DNA of 64,000 bases from Callorhinchus milii (GCF_018977255.1 NW_024704764.1:10478001-10542000), one strand, 5' to 3'. Shown: positions 12,157 through 27,284, numbered from the stretch's first letter. Numbers and translations: made by a program. Notes: generated by a model not told the origin, from the letters alone.

Positions 12157-13506
12157 TAAATAATAATAATTATAATCGTTGCATTTCAGATAGAGCGTTA
12201 TCACCTGTGAAGCATTTTGAGATATAGTGTCTCAAAGTGCTTCACAGGCTATATTGTGAAGTGGAATGATTGCATTTTGTGGGTGAAACGCGGCAGCCAG
12301 TTTGTGCATAGCAATATCCCTAAAACAGCCATAGAGCAAGCAATTTTATTTGTAGGATTTGTTGGCTGGGACATCAGGAGAAACTCTCTTTTCGAATCTG
12401 AACAGGCAGACATTGCTCTGTAAGCAATTCCTTCATCTTCCTTCAGAACCACAGTCCTCCGAGATGGACTTAGTCAGGGTTAAACTCTGTTTAACATCTT
12501 ACCCAAGTTGTTGTGAGAATGTAACTCCCAAAATCAATGCAGAATAATTTGGGATTTTAAAGATGAAATTAGTTGAATAGAACAGTAACTAATTTGCTAT
12601 ATATATGTATGTATATATATATATAGCCCTTTCATGACAGGAGGACTTTCAAGGTGCTGAAATACATCTATGTGTATTATACGAACATATAAGAATTTTT
12701 TTTAAAAATAGAAAAATTAGATAAAAATTTCTGGCGGGAGAGGCTGAATGTCCTCCTGCATTTATTATTAAGTTGTTACTGCAATCACTTCTGGGGCATC
12801 CTAGCAATGAACAGCTAGCTGCTGATGAATAAACTGTCACCTACTTCTCAGGTAAAGTAATATAGGGTCAAATGGTTACGAGGACAAAGCAGGGGAAAGT
12901 CTGGATGAGCTGACCATATACATGGCTATTTGAATGAAATCTGTACTAATAATTGTTTGATACCCAATGGGACACTGGTACATACAGTGCAGCCTTATTA
13001 CATGCTCTGTGTTAGACACTGGTTCACTTAAAGTCAAGTGTCTTCTAGACTCGCAGCCAACTTCCTGCACATGTCAGGTTGCTCAGGGATCCTCACAATA
13101 GTTTAGTTTGGTTGCACATCACAACCATTCACAACAGTAACTAACATGCAGTCCGTGTCATTGTGTATCATGATAATACACAATTTAACCTATGCTAGGC
13201 ATAGAATAGATGGTGTATTACAAGGCTAACCCCATGGCTTTCTTCACATATATAGAGTTATAGGAAATAATGTTAGTGCTGATCTAATGACAGAGAAGTT
13301 GGCCATTTTAAGAGCAGATGATGGACAGGTTTCTGTGCGAGTGAGTATTGACATCATCGATCATGTAAATGGTAACATCCCAATGTGGACTAACTGTTGG
13401 TTTATATTTTACTGTATGGCTCATAATTTTGAATTGTGTGAGACAGCTCGCTGGCTGGCAAGGTTCAGAGTACGTGAGCATGACTGTTTCTTAATGCTCC
13501 CACTAG

Positions 13507-13638
13507 GAGGTCAGCGCTTTGGAATGTGAGATCCAATTACTGAAGAACCTCCGCCACCAGCGGATCGTGCAATACTACGGTTCTCTGCGGGAAAAAGCGG
13601 AGAGAACTCTTTCAATTTTTATGGAGTATATGCCTGGG
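13507..13638 (+). CDS. MAP3K3: MAP3K3 exon 13 (kinase)
   Basis: cactag|GAG...CCT GGG|gtaagt; [44 protein letters not shown]. Confidence 0.97.
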
Positions 13639-14647
13639 GTAAGTGAAGAAATAGTATTTTTTTTTATTATTACATTTCATTGAAATGCAGTTTCAAAGCA
13701 GTTGTGGCCCAGATGCTGCTGTGGGATTGACAAATCCTGATACAGGCCGGTATTTGATACAATCTTCATTTCTCTCCTCATTTTCAATGAGTGCACATTC
13801 ACTTACAGCCACTTTTTCAAGACCAACTGTTTTGCATAAATTACTGAGAAATTAACGAACCTTTCAAAGAACTTGAATGTATTTTAATTGGATCAGCTTT
13901 GATGTTTGCTCGTCAGTTTATTAATTGATAAAAATCACATTCCACTTTGCTGCTTTATCTACTGTAAGATTTTAATAATCCAGGATTGCTAGTTTTGTTT
14001 GATCTTGTAAGTCTGTTTATGTAACCAAACCCAAGCAAATTCTTAATTACCTTTCCTTGTTTTGTTCTGAAGAAGGCAAGAATAATCCCTTAGGAATTAA
14101 AATGAAGAGGTGGGGCTTGTTAGCAACTGTTGGAACTGTTTTCTGTAGGATACTAATTTTGTCCGTTTTAGTACTTAAAAGGGTATGGAGAACTCTTGCT
14201 CTTAAGATTTAACAGCTTCCCCATACCTCCTCAACCACTGTGCTGCCTTTGACAATGTCAGCTACTCCAATCTCCTCTTTCATCCACCTCTCTGGCTGTG
14301 CACTTTCCTGGTTCAATTCCCATTTTTCCATTAGTCTGCTCCCCTCCCACCTCTGTGCAATCAGCTGCAGCAATTCCCAGTGCTGTATCCTCTCAGTGTT
14401 CTATCCTTTCTAAATCTACACCCTACACTTGCTGACGTCCTCTTTGACTGTGTGTAGTGTCACTTCTCATGTTACCCATTCCCCGTTCTTCGCTGCTTGA
14501 TATCCAACACAGTCTCTAAATTGCTTCAGGATGTTGCTGTATACTAAGTGCACTAAATAAATGCAAATTGGTGCTATTGACTTCACATTATAAAACCACA
14601 TAATGATGGACATTTTTGTAGAAGAAACTATTATGCAGAGATTTAAT

Positions 14648-15585
14648 ACAATACAAATTACATTTGTATAGCGCCTTTCACGTTGGGAGGACATCCCAAG
14701 GCGCTGGACAGTCAGGGATTTGGCAGGGAGGGAAGGAGGGTGGCTGAAGAATCAACAACAACAACAAGATTGCATTTATGGAACTCCTTTCACGTCGTGA
14801 GGACGTCCCAAGGCGCTGGACAGTTGGGTCGGGACCCGAGCAGGGGGGAAATGGTCAGGGTGAGGGGGGAAATTGTCAGGGTGGGAGGGAGGGAGCGAGG
14901 AGGGGGTAGAGAGTCGAGAGGGGAGGTGAAGGCATGGTTGAAGAGAAAGGTCTTGAGACCGGCCTTGAAGGAGGAAAGGGAGGAAGCGGTGAAGGCATTG
15001 GGGGATGGAGTTCCAGAGCCTAGGGGCTGAGAGGCTGAAAGTCCGGCCACCGATTGTAGGGCGGTTGGGGCGGGGTGTGTGGAGCAGACCGGAGCCAGAG
15101 GAACGGAGGGTACGGGCAGGTAGGTAGGGGGATAGTAGGTCGGAGAGGTAGGAGGGTGCAAGGCCGTGAATGGCCTTGTAGGTGAGGATGAGGATCTTGA
15201 ATTCGATCCTCTGGGGGATGGGAAGCCAGTGGAAGCGAGCGAGGGTGGGAGTGATGTGGTCGCGAAGCCTGGTGCGGGACAGTACACGAGCTGCAGAGTT
15301 CTGAATGACCTGCAGCTTGTGGAGGGAGGTGCCGGGAAGGCCGACGAGGAGAGCGTTCCCGTAGTCCAGCCTTGAGGTGATAAAGGCGTGGACCAGTGTT
15401 TCAGGAGTGTGAGGGGTGAGGCAGTGCCGTAGTCTGGCGATGTTCCGGAGGTGGTGGAAAGCAGTGCCAGTTGTGGCGCGGATGTGGGGAAGAAAGGACA
15501 GCTCAGGGTCGAACAGAACACCTTCGAACACTCGGTCGAAGAGAAGGATCTTGAGACCCACTTTGAAGGAGGCAAGGGAGGGAGC
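14648..15585 (-). mobile_element. Young 5'-truncated L2 LINE (14753-15585) plus an adjacent second tail (14648-14720)
   Basis: ORF 14776-15561 encodes GVLFDPELSFLPHI, FITSRLDYGNALL, LQVIQNSAAR and HWLPIPQRIEFKIL. (GTT)n tail. Confidence 0.95.
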
Positions 15586-16267
15586 TGATAGTTAAGAGAC
15601 TAATTTGGATGTTGTAATCGACCAGAGTAAAGTAATGCCACTTCAGTTTTCCTATCCCTTATGGTGGATTAAACTCACTGAGAATTGTTTATTTTTTAAA
15701 TCTTTCCTCCTTTTTTGATCTTTGCCATTATGTTTAATCTACTGATGTTTATCTTCTGTTATTATCACCAGCTTTTGTTGTGTGACACTTTGTTCTGTGC
15801 AGCATGCAATGTTATAGGTAACTAATTGTTGGATGATGGAAGAGGAGCTTAGGAAATAGAAATAGAACCAGGTGAATTTTCAACACAGAAAGAAACCATT
15901 CAGCCCATTGCATCCGTGTTAATTCCAGATCTTTCCAATATCCCTAATGTTTTTTGCTTCTGAACCTGTATCCAATTCGAACCATGTCTCTCTCTTTTCC
16001 CCCCCTCCCACCCCCAACCAATGGTGAGAAAATTGGCAGTTTAAGACCTACCTAAAGGCCATCTTTCTTTCCTCTCCCAACTTGGGCTCCAGGTTAGCTG
16101 TGGGAAACCTTTGAGATGTTTTCCCAACATCATCGCCCTGTATACCCAGCGCCTTGGGATGTCTATATACCCAGCACTCTGGGACGTAAAATTCTACAGT
16201 TTCTTAGTCCTGTTCAAGCAATCTCCATTTTCTACTTTCACTATTGACAATATTGTATTCTTTTCAG

Positions 16268-16397
16268 GGTTCAGTGAAAGACCAGTTGAAAGCATATGGA
16301 GCACTGACTGAGAACGTGACTCGGAAATATACTCGACAGATTTTGGAGGGCGTTTGCTACCTTCACAGTAACATGATCGTGCATCGGGATATAAAGG
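16268..16397 (+). CDS. MAP3K3: MAP3K3 exon 14 (kinase, HRD)
   Basis: tttcag|GGT...AAG G|gtgagt; [43 protein letters not shown]. Confidence 0.97.
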
Positions 16398-16780
16398 GTG
16401 AGTGGAATGTGGCTGCATCTTTCAAACACAGAAGTGCATTGTCTCTGTTTTATTCGAACAGTTATAATTCTGTGTTACATCAAATGGATATTATGTCTTC
16501 ATTCATCCTGTATTCCCATTGGCATTTTTTTCGTGAAGAAAAAATTTTCTTGACAAGTATGGCCTCATGGAACCAGACAGGAAAAGATATTGCTAATCAT
16601 TAAGCAAACAAATTTAGCAATAACCTTCCTTTCTCCTTCTTCATCTGTCTTTAAATCTTGATTTAAAAATCGACCTCTTCCTTTCCTTCCCCCACCCCCT
16701 TACTCGTCATCCAACTCAGTCATTGTAAAGCGTTCCAAGGCCTGTACTCAAGGAAAGGGTGTGATATAAGTTGAGTTTGA

Positions 16781-16996
<216 letters not shown>

Positions 16997-18669
16997 TAAG
17001 AACACAAGTAATTGCTTCAATGTATTTGAACAAAATGCAGTAATTCTAGCCCTGCCTCAACTTGCTTCATGCTTATTAAACATAACATTTTCTTCACTTT
17101 TATACACCGAGTTTAAGTGTTGTGGCCCATTTGTCTATTTTTTCATGTTGTGTTTGCTCCTCCAAAGAGCTTTCTATCCTAATCCCAATATCCCGTTGCT
17201 TCCCCACAGTCTCTGATCCCCTCAGCAGGTGGGCGTTTGATGCTTTTTTGAATGCTCTAATTGACTCTGCTCTAACAGCATCACATGTACACCATCTGAG
17301 AAATGATGATCTTCAAAGTCAATCCTTTTACTTCCATTGCCACAAACCTAAATTATTGTCTCTTCTTGAATCTCATACCAGTGTAAAGAATTTTCACAAT
17401 AATTCTCTGAAACCCTTTCGTCTTAAACACCTTATAATATTACCCCTCTACCTTCTCTGATCCAACTTGTTCAAAATTTGGATAAAAGAAAAGCTGTGGA
17501 TGTTGAATGTATGGACTTCTTTTTGTGAACATAGAGTTTCTAATTATTTTGTTATTTTTTCCCTATTAGAGTACGTATGCCACCTACTTCGGCCCCCAGC
17601 CTTCTCTTGCTAGGGTTTAGCTGCTCACATGCTCTTTGTTCATGTGTCAGCCTTGGCAGTGAGTGTTGGTAGACCACTCAACTGTAGAGAACATTGCAAC
17701 TGAGTCTGATCTTTTCCCACTCAGTTGCCACACACACAGTAGAAAATGTGCTGAATTGGGATCAACAGCAGTAACATTGGCCTTGGTCACCCTCCTACCC
17801 CTGCCCTCCACCCCTCTTGATCCCAACCTCCAGCTCGGGTCCAAATCTTTGACTGTCCAGTGTATTGGGACAGCCTCCCGACATAAATGACACTAGACAA
17901 ATGTAATTGGTTGTTGTTATTTTCCCCTCCCTAACGTGGGAAGGCCGTGCTCATTTAGCCTCCATGCAACCTCGGCTGAGACCAACAAATGGCTTTTAAA
18001 CTAAGATCTTCCTTCCGGAAGCTGAAAATGTATTCACTGCACCATTGGAGCTGACAAATCTGTGACTTTTGAAGAACATTTAATATGGTGCCACCTAAGA
18101 GACTAAGGGACCATGGTATTAAATACCAAGTGGCAATTTGGACAGGGATCTATGTCCCCAAGGATAACTAAGGTCCTGGGATCTCTGTGTTTGTCTATGT
18201 GCATTACAGGGGGACATAAAAAGGTAAGGGATCTGGGAAAATAAGTTAAACAAAATAAATGTGTATTAGAACATTTTTGGTGATATAAATGTGAAAGTAG
18301 ACCCTAAATAAAGTCAGCAATGACAGCTTGCATTTATATTGTGATCTTCACATGGGGTGGCATCTTGGAGCGCTTAAGACTCCAGGTGTAGAGCGACAGA
18401 AAAAGCTGGAGGCACATGTTTAAAAGCACTTTGTATCTAAATACAGGAGCATTGAATGAAAAGTAATGGGTGATCTGTGTTGCTTTTCAAGTGTTAACAA
18501 TTCCTAAAGTGAACTGGGCAACTCAAGAAACATGATGGGCTGATTAGCTTTTGTTTTGCCAAACTTTCAGTGATTCTAGGAAACAGTTAAACAATGAGGA
18601 CTTACTATTATTCCAGTTCTCTGTTCCAGCTCCAGTGAGCTTCACTGGCACATCATAATCCGATGTGAA

Positions 18670-18686
18670 AGTGCCATCTAGCGGGC
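18670..18686 (-). promoter_or_regulatory. Candidate CTCF motif in MAP3K3 intron 15
   Basis: Reverse complement reads CCCGCTAGATGGCACT, close to the CTCF core. Motif match only. Confidence 0.35.
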
Positions 18687-18920
18687 TGACTGAGGACATC
18701 ACAATGCAGGCCAGCTGTTCTTTCAGATACATAAAGCCAAATTCCAGTACAGTCGGATATTCACATACAAAAACTGTATTGTGTCATCATGCAAAATGCA
18801 AATTGACTACAATACTAAAACAAAACCTTTTTCCATCAGGAATTATTTTCCCACTATAATGCCATCTCTTCTCCAACTCCCCCTTTGCTATCCGGTCCAG
18901 CTCGAATAACTAAACACCAG

Positions 18921-19460
18921 CAGCAACAACTTGCATTTATATAGCGCCTTTCATGTCAGGACGTTCCAAGGCGCTGGACAGAGAGGGTTTGCACTTGAGC
19001 TGGGGTTTGGAGTCGAGAAAGGTGAAGGGTAAGGGGTTGGGGGAGAGATGACCGAAGGTGCGTGTGAGCAGGAAGGTCTTGATAGTGGAGAGGGCAGGGA
19101 GTGAGACATGAAACAGGCCAGTGCCCGCCGAGTGGGGAGAGCAGACAAATTGGTAAAGGTTTAGTTGGCAGAGGTAGGGAGGAGCAAGATCGTGAAGGTG
19201 AGGATCTTAAACTCAATCCTCTGGGAGATGGGGAGCCAGTAAAGCCAGGTGAGGATATGGATGATCAGCTTTGTGCTTTGCGGAACTTGTCAGCTGCAAA
19301 GTTCCAAATAATCTGCAGCTTGTGGAGGGAAGAGTTGGGAAGTCTGGCAAGCAGGGAGTTTGCATAGTCAAGCCTGGACGTAATGAAGGCATGGATAAGG
19401 GTCTTAGCATCTGGGGGAAAGATAGTAATGGAGGGAGACAGTGTTGCGGTGATGGGGGAA
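18921..19460 (-). mobile_element. L2 LINE 3' fragment
   Basis: AKTLIHAFITSRLDYANSLL; tail CAACAACTTGCATTTATATAGCGCCTTTCA. Confidence 0.88.
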
Positions 19461-19888
19461 GGCAGAAAATTACTTGGGACCCAAAAACCAGCATTGTGAG
19501 TGTGGAAGACATTAAAGTGACCTTCCAGCCAGCTGTAACCCACAGCGCCCAAACAGCACTAACAACAAATATGATGACAAACATCGCTGGCCAGATTATG
19601 GCTCTTCTGCACACCTATTGCATCCATATAGTTAGCCCAACATGGACACTAATGTTTGTGAATAGGCTATTGTAGATCAGCTACATGTGATGTGGTGCAC
19701 AATCCTCATAAAATTAGGGCTAGTACATGTCCAGTATTTGCAGCACAATAGTTGCAAAATTTTGCGTGGGTGTGGATTCCAATCAAGCTGCCATCTGTAA
19801 ATGTGGCAATTTCTGTTGTAATTAACCGCTGTTCTGTTCATGTTCATAATTGATTGCTCTGAACCCTTGCATGATGTTTGCTCTGCAG

Positions 19889-20117
19889 GAGTCTGGGCTG
19901 CACGGTGGTGGAGATGCTGACTGAGAAGCCACCCTGGGCTGAGTTTGAAGCTATGGCTGCGATTTTTAAAATTGCCACTCAACCTACAAATCCCCAGCTG
20001 CCATCTCACATTTCAGATCACTGCAGGGACTTTCTTAAGCAAATATTTGTGGAAGCGAAGCAAAGACCACCAGCAGAGGAGCTGCTCAGACACCAGTTTG
20101 TTCAGATTACTCACTGA
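19889..20117 (+). CDS. MAP3K3: MAP3K3 exon 16 (last coding exon, to TGA)
   Basis: ctgcag|G AGT...CAC TGA; [75 protein letters not shown]. Confidence 0.97.
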
Positions 20118-23100
20118 TGGAGGTAGATCAATCTGCGTTTTTACTGTCAAAGGGCTCTGGCGTCTCATGTACCAGTCAGTCTATATAGCCACACTGACCC
20201 AGCAACAATCAGCACAGTGTCAGTGCTAGTACTCAGGTCTTAGTTCTGTGGTACAGTGTGAATAATGAGAGGTCCCAGCCAGTTCCAGGATTCTCTATAC
20301 CGACATTTTCTTCACCACAAATTTTATTTCAACATTGTATGAGAGTCAACTACAAGCCAAGGAGGTGTCGGGTACCAAAACCATTGGAGTGTCCCATTAG
20401 TGTAATGAGCATGTGAGATATTGCACAATGTATTCTGATGCAGTGGAGATATTTTTTTTCTGTGGAGGTCATTGTTAGTTTTCAAACAGGACCAGAATAC
20501 CCACTAACACAGTCAAGTTATCTCTAAAAGCAATGTTACAGATTTGCCTGCTGTTCACTGTGGACAGATTGGATATCGGATGCCAGGCATTGACATGCTG
20601 TTCTCTTTCAAACATGCCCTGAAAGTGGAAGTTCTACCAAATATTGAAGCTTGATTTTTTAAATCTTAAACTGTGTCTAACTTGCACGTACCTGAGTGCA
20701 TTGTTGGCCAAATGTTTTATGGCATCATCAAGGCAAACTAGGTAATGGTTTGATGCTAATTTTTTCAGATTGGCAGATATCAGGAATCACTGAAACAAAT
20801 GGATGTTTATAATGTAGGCTTCACCAATAATGAGTTTGAGAACACGTTTTATTTTTATTTCACTTTTGTAAAAGATTTTAGTTTCCGCATGCTTCTGAGT
20901 TTTTAAAACACTTACTGTCTCTTTTTATAATTTAATTATTTGAAATAAGTAACGAGTATATTGCCATCTACAAGCAGCAATTACTTCAGTTCAGAATGTG
21001 ATGACATTTAATTCCAATGTCATTTCATTTGTTGCTTAACTGAGTTGCATACTATTGGGTCTGTAAAAGAGAGTGCCTCTTAAGTGATTGGCATCATCTG
21101 AGATTAGACTACAAGCTGTTTATTTCTGTTTTAGGACTTTACACTGGGATTCTCTCGGCATTGCTTGAAAATGTACGTACAGCATCTGAACTACTGCTCA
21201 AGTACCTACTAGAAAAGAACTTTGGTTTCTTAAAATTATGACCAAAATCACTGCATGTGCAAATCTGCTCCTCAACTCATTGTAGTATCATAGTTTTACA
21301 CTATTGATCCTCCTTTGTCTAGGCAGGCAAAACAATACCGACAGCCAAATTGTTAAATATAACTATCGCTGGGAAAGAATCCGTGACTGTTGTAATTTTG
21401 CAACTTCACGATACAGTGGAATCCTATTATAGTGCTCTACCAATGCCTTGGGATGTTCTTCTGATATGAAAGGTGCTATATAAGTGCAATTTGTTGTTGT
21501 ACAATACAGTGCTGCCTCGTTTAGTGAGGGTTTACTGTGGATCCATACTAACTGAAAGCATGGTAACTTGCCACTGATTAACTGACTTTCCACACTAAAG
21601 AATGGCCACCATCCAGGTTGTCAGGATGCTACTAATGTCATTCTCTATGCACCACATGAAGGAAATGGCCCTAATGGTGCACAGTACGCAACATACAGGC
21701 AGCGACATCAGCGCAATTAGAAAACCTGTAAGTTGACTTTTTTGTGCCTTGCTTTCAACAAAGCCAGTGACTGAGACATTGGACCCGGCTGACCATGAGG
21801 TTTCCCTGTTTTGTGAATTCTCTAGGAAGTGTCTAGCTATGCTAGTAGCTTAACGAGGATGCTGGTGAATACATCACTGCAAAGCTGAGAATCTCCAAGG
21901 CTGAGATCCACACAGTACACGACTGCCTCCATGAAGGATCAGACAGGCAGGAAAAAACATCTGCCAAAGAGTTAAGTGAGACGGGGTCAGCCACCATTGG
22001 CAGCTGCTGAAGAGATACCCCCCTCCCTCCCGCCCTTAAGCTCTCACGCCCAATTGTGGAGACTTCCTTATTGTGTTATCTGACAATAGAGATATACAGA
22101 ACTTGAAAAACTATCAAGTCTCTAATATTCGAAGCAGATTAAGCCAGTAAAGATACAGACTGGGTTTATTAATGCTCCGAATGTGTATTGGTCTGTTTAG
22201 AAGTTTAGTGGCTACCTTTCACTTTGTAAATCTACTCCTAGTGTCATTATCATCAAATGGATAAGTGAGGCAGCATCATCTACTCAGTGTACAAATTCTA
22301 CGGCATCAAGCCCAGCTAAGGTCAAGTTTTTCGTTGCAAGGAAGAGTTGATATTAATCAGGCTCTATTGTACCAACATATTTAGATTTGTAACATCACAA
22401 TAGTAATGTAGTTTTTACTTTTTTCCAGCTTAATTGAAAAGTTTCAGAATCTATAACTGACTTCATTTGGATAGAATCTAAAAACTTAATATTCTGCAGA
22501 ACACTGGCTACCCCCGACTGACTAATGTTGGTTTCATTGTGTAACATTATTACAAAAGAAAAGTGAAAAAACATTCATAATCCTTCAAGCATTGATAGTT
22601 TAAAGATCTTAAAATAATTGTACCATTAATTTGCCCATCATTAGATTGACTGCCAGCCCTGAACTAAAGACAATATGTGCCAACTGGCTGTGACGATGCA
22701 CTTTCTTGAATGTATTTTGTACTGAACTTATTTTTTAGCTTTCTCTTGGCGATGGAATGTATGCCTCTTTATTTTTTTTATTTATGCAAGAGAGATGCTG
22801 TTTGATGTTTATATGTTGACTAAAGACTGTTAAGCCTACTACATAGAGTGCCTTTTAACAAAAAGCAGCTGGTTTTGCGATACTCGGTGAAAGACTTTGG
22901 GGTCAGTTCTGTGCTCTGAAATGCACATTCAACGGTGGATATATTCAACTATTTGTCGTCACATGAAAGGGTCAAATTGTAGCATGAACAAATTTTCTGA
23001 AGGAATTACAGTAGATTTATGTTTGATCCACTGGATTAATTACAGTAGATTTAAATTTCCATCATGCAGCTGGCATTGCAAACATCTCCTGGGATAAAGG

Positions 23101-26100
23101 GACTCATCTCATATTTTATCAGACTGAGATGGCTTCTTTGAATTTAATTAGAATTATAGAAAAATGGTTATCCTTGGTTTTGTGAAACATAGTTAAATCT
23201 GTGTTGTAAAGAAAATCATAGAAATATTCACATTTTAAGCCTTGAAAATGAAATATAGAGTCACCATTCGTGGCATTTGCTAAGCACAAAGCTGGGCAGC
23301 ATAGAGTGTCTCGATAAGATCTTAAACCAGGTAGAAATGCAGTGGGAACTGTTGGACCCCAAAAGTGATTGAGGCTTGCAGTGCAGAGCCACTCCCAATT
23401 GCTTGTGTTTTTAAAGTAAGGACGCATCATGTTTCTATTTTTTAAAATAAGGGAAAAAGGATTTAAAGAATTCTTGAAAAAATGCTTTTTCATTGTCCTT
23501 GAATGCTTGGTTTCTTTGACATATAACACAACTTCAGTTGGTTTTCTTCTATCCTAAAGATTCAATTTGCTTTCAGTGCAACTAAATATTTGTTCCATAG
23601 TGGAAATCTTCTGTCTGGGTGCAGTCATAAAACTCTCTTCAGTAAGCTTTTAGAAACTGCCTCTGAGAATCTAGTAAATGTTCTTTTGTGAAATGGTTAA
23701 AACATTGCCTTGCAGATTTTAAACCCGAAACAATTAGATGAGACTTTAACAGCTTGGAATCAGAACCCGCTAAAATCCTTCATTGAATCTTTGCAGACAG
23801 AGCAGGTTTGTTGGCCAGCCTTGCTGAGATTGGTCATGTTACCTGCTTCCAAGAAGAATTGTATTCTTTATCTCCAATGGATAACATGTAACCTGTGCAT
23901 CCTGGGTGTAAAGAATAGAACATTTCTCGAACAGTAATTGTCCGCACTTCTGGCAATGTTACTAGAGCACTAGATGGGAAATGCTCAGGATGATTCATTC
24001 TTTGATCCTTCTTGATCTTCCAATTAAGCACAGATCCATTGGCCCTTTTGTCATGACCCAGCTAAGAGTAAGACTTGTGGGTGAGAGACCACAACTGATC
24101 TATTGGCCAATAATTGATCAGTCTCTAAATTATCATTACAGCACAGGATTTTGTAATGAATCAGTACAATAATGTGTTTGAAACATTGTTATCCATCATT
24201 TAGACTAGAATCATCAATGTAATCATCTGTTTCATGGAGACAGGTTATATTCCAGTAGTGAGATCAAGTTAAAAATGGATAGCATAGTGTACAAGATTCA
24301 TGAGTGTACAGAAACCAAAGAAAAGGCATTGAGATAATTTCTTTGGCCTGAAGCTAACATACCCCATGATTGATTTTCTTGGAAATGTGTGAGACATGCT
24401 GCACAACCACATATGGTACCAGAGGATGTTCAATTGGTGACACAATTGGTGCACAACTTGTGGGGCCATGTCAGGTTTGTGTCCTTGGAGAAGAATCATT
24501 ATCATTTCATCCCTCAATGTGATGTTGCTCTGAGCTATCTGATGTATGGGCTATGACTTCAGTAGTGAATGGCCCTGAGAGCTGAGCCAGAACTACAGGA
24601 CTGTGATCTAAGCCCCTTGTTACTAGCCTACGTGATCTTCAGTTTAGTATTGATTAAATTTGATGTAGCGACTTTCACATCAGGAGATATTTCAAAGCGC
24701 TTTCCAGGATATAGTGTAAATGTAATCACCGAGTATTTGAAGGCAATCGCAGCTGCCCATTTGCGCACAGCAATTCCCGCAAATGGTGATGAAGTGAATA
24801 ACCCATTTTATTGGGGAGATTGTTGGCCAGGGGAAAGCAAGAGAGGGAGAGAACGAAGAAGGTAGATCCTTGGTGGATAGAAGAGGTCTGTCGTCTTGCA
24901 ATCACTCTCTTGAAATAGTGACTTTAGTTGGTGAGATTAGCCCAAGTGACTTGTAATCTGTGTGGAGATGCAGCATTTTCTTTTACATCAAATACTTTCT
25001 ACCTAAAAATAAATTGCAATGAGATTCTTGAAGGTGAATGTGTAAATACTTTGATGAAACGCCTGATATATTTGTTAAGACATTTTTGTAAGAAATCAAG
25101 GGGGTTCCACTACATTTCATAGATGATAAAATATACTTTGCAACATCTAATTTGTGTTCAAGGCTTACATTTCAGTTTCCACGGGGGAAGCAAGGGATCA
25201 ACAAAATGCTTTTGGAAACTACTGCACGACAACTTCTGTTGAAACATTATGCCTTGATCCCAAAGAAACTAAACTGTGTCTTATCAAATATCTATTTAAT
25301 GGTGTTCACAAAAGTTTTGAATTTGAGTATTGTTTTATCAGAAATAGAACCTTGCGTATCCCAGACTCCCAGGCTGGAGAAGGATCACCATAAGTTTGAT
25401 ACTTTGGTGTATATAATTTTATATTTACTTTATTTTAAGAATATATGCTTGTACAGTGCTATGTATTTGCACAATCATTTGGCACAACAGTGGTTCATTC
25501 AAATTTCAATATGTTCTCTTTGCCCTGTTGGCAGAGTGTACATGATTGTCTAGATTTAGATAATATAGTAATTGTCTGACTTCACTTTCCATTGGGGTGG
25601 GTATCTGCTGTTTGTATCCAATTCTCATCCACTGTTGAACTGCAGGCTTTTGTGCACTAAGAATGATGGTGCTTTTCACTGTTTGACTGGAAAGAGTTAA
25701 CCTCTAAAGGAAAGAAAATCAAAATATTCACTCAAAATATTTTGACAGTAATTATTTACAGAAACTTTAGCAAAGCTGCAAAATGTAAGTAAATGTTTAT
25801 TCTACATCAACACAACTTTTATAACTCATCTCATATACATTTATACAAGTGGTGGAACACAAGGAAACAACTGCAATCACTATATGTGAATGCAAGCCTG
25901 ATCTGTGCTGATTTCAACAGTGCTACAATTGGACTCAGCATTCCTGCATAGGGAAAATGATTCCTACTTGATTGCTTATCAAAGGCCCTGCTAGAAAATG
26001 TTCATGGGGACAGTGAATGAGGATAGATTCTCTCTTTCCCCCTCCCAAATGCCCATGTCACATCCACTATCTGGAATCTCACACCAAAAAAAAAACTTCT

Positions 26101-27010
26101 TGAGTGATGCCCTGCTTTTGGGTTCAAAATAGAACTCTTGGTAACTCTTACCTGCAGCATAGACAGAAAATGATAATAAATCATTAGAAGTGAACATAGG
26201 TCTGTGACTGCTGAATGAAACTAAATGAGAGTTAACAAATTATGTTCTTTGGAGATTTTTAAGAAATGAAAGTTTTCCATTCATACTGCGGGATTTAGAT
26301 TTTTAAGTTAAATGGGAGTTCAACATTTTTATAAAACAGTCAATGCCAGCCACTGGAAAAGGAATGGGCAGTACAGGATAAGTAGAAATCTCAATCCAAA
26401 GGTGTGCACTTTGCCAAGAAAATTTAATCTGATTCAGTGCTTTTGTTTTCTAGAATTGCAGCCTTCCAGACTGAGGCCATTTTATACTCTCCATGTGTCT
26501 GTTTGACTTTATTTTTCCAAATAGAACAAATATGTTATTGCATCTTATATATAAATATAAGAAAAACAGGAGCCACATTTCATGTGAAAAGTATATTGTA
26601 ACTTTATACAGGAAATCATTGTACAATGAGATATTGTCTCAACCTCCGTTAGAATGTTTGAGCACCAAGTTGCCAATGGTGAACAAGGAGGTAGATGTGA
26701 TGGTTGCAGCAGGAGCCCGATACCTGCCCAGAGAACACCATATTTAACATATTTGTAATTGTAACTCCATGCATGTTTGATCAATACTTGTTTATGAAAT
26801 GCTTTCTTTACACTAATATGCACTACATACATGCTCTTGCAGCATTTTAAAATGACTGTAAAAATTCAACAGTATTCTGAATTGTTGTAATATAGTTTTT
26901 TTACTGTTTGCAATATTTTATACATGTTCATCAATGCTTGTATGTAGCACTACATACTTTTTAAAAACTTTTACAAATATAAAAGAAAAAATAATGAAAT
27001 CCTACTTTGT
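20118..27010 (+). other. MAP3K3: Probable long MAP3K3 3' UTR / downstream region
   Basis: AT-rich and almost free of the LINE fragments that fill the introns. AATAAA occurs at 25008 and 26175, with variant signals near 26976-26998 followed by GT-rich sequence. The true 3' end cannot be determined from sequence. Confidence 0.5.
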
Positions 27011-27284
27011 CTCTAGTACATTGCATTATTCCTTAGGTGTTGGTTATTCCACTCATTTTATCTTAATTTTTTGTATTTGGTTATCCAGATGTCTTGCGCA
27101 TACATAAGCCAATCACCTGGTTCGGTATCCAAATGACACTGATCTGGTGTCTCATCCAGGCTCAGTTGGTGGGAAACTCGTTTCTGAGTCACAAGGTTCT
27201 GGTTTGAAGTCATGTTGGGACTTGGATCTTAAATAATTTAGACCCAGTCGTCGCCAACCTTTTTCATTGGGACAACAAAATAAA

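Noticed and set aside
14776-15575. 261-aa ORFs (similarly 210-1033 and 29290-30073) as host genes or an autonomous element
   Set aside because: These are 5'-truncated L2 ORF2 C-termini with frameshifts and no endonuclease or complete RT.
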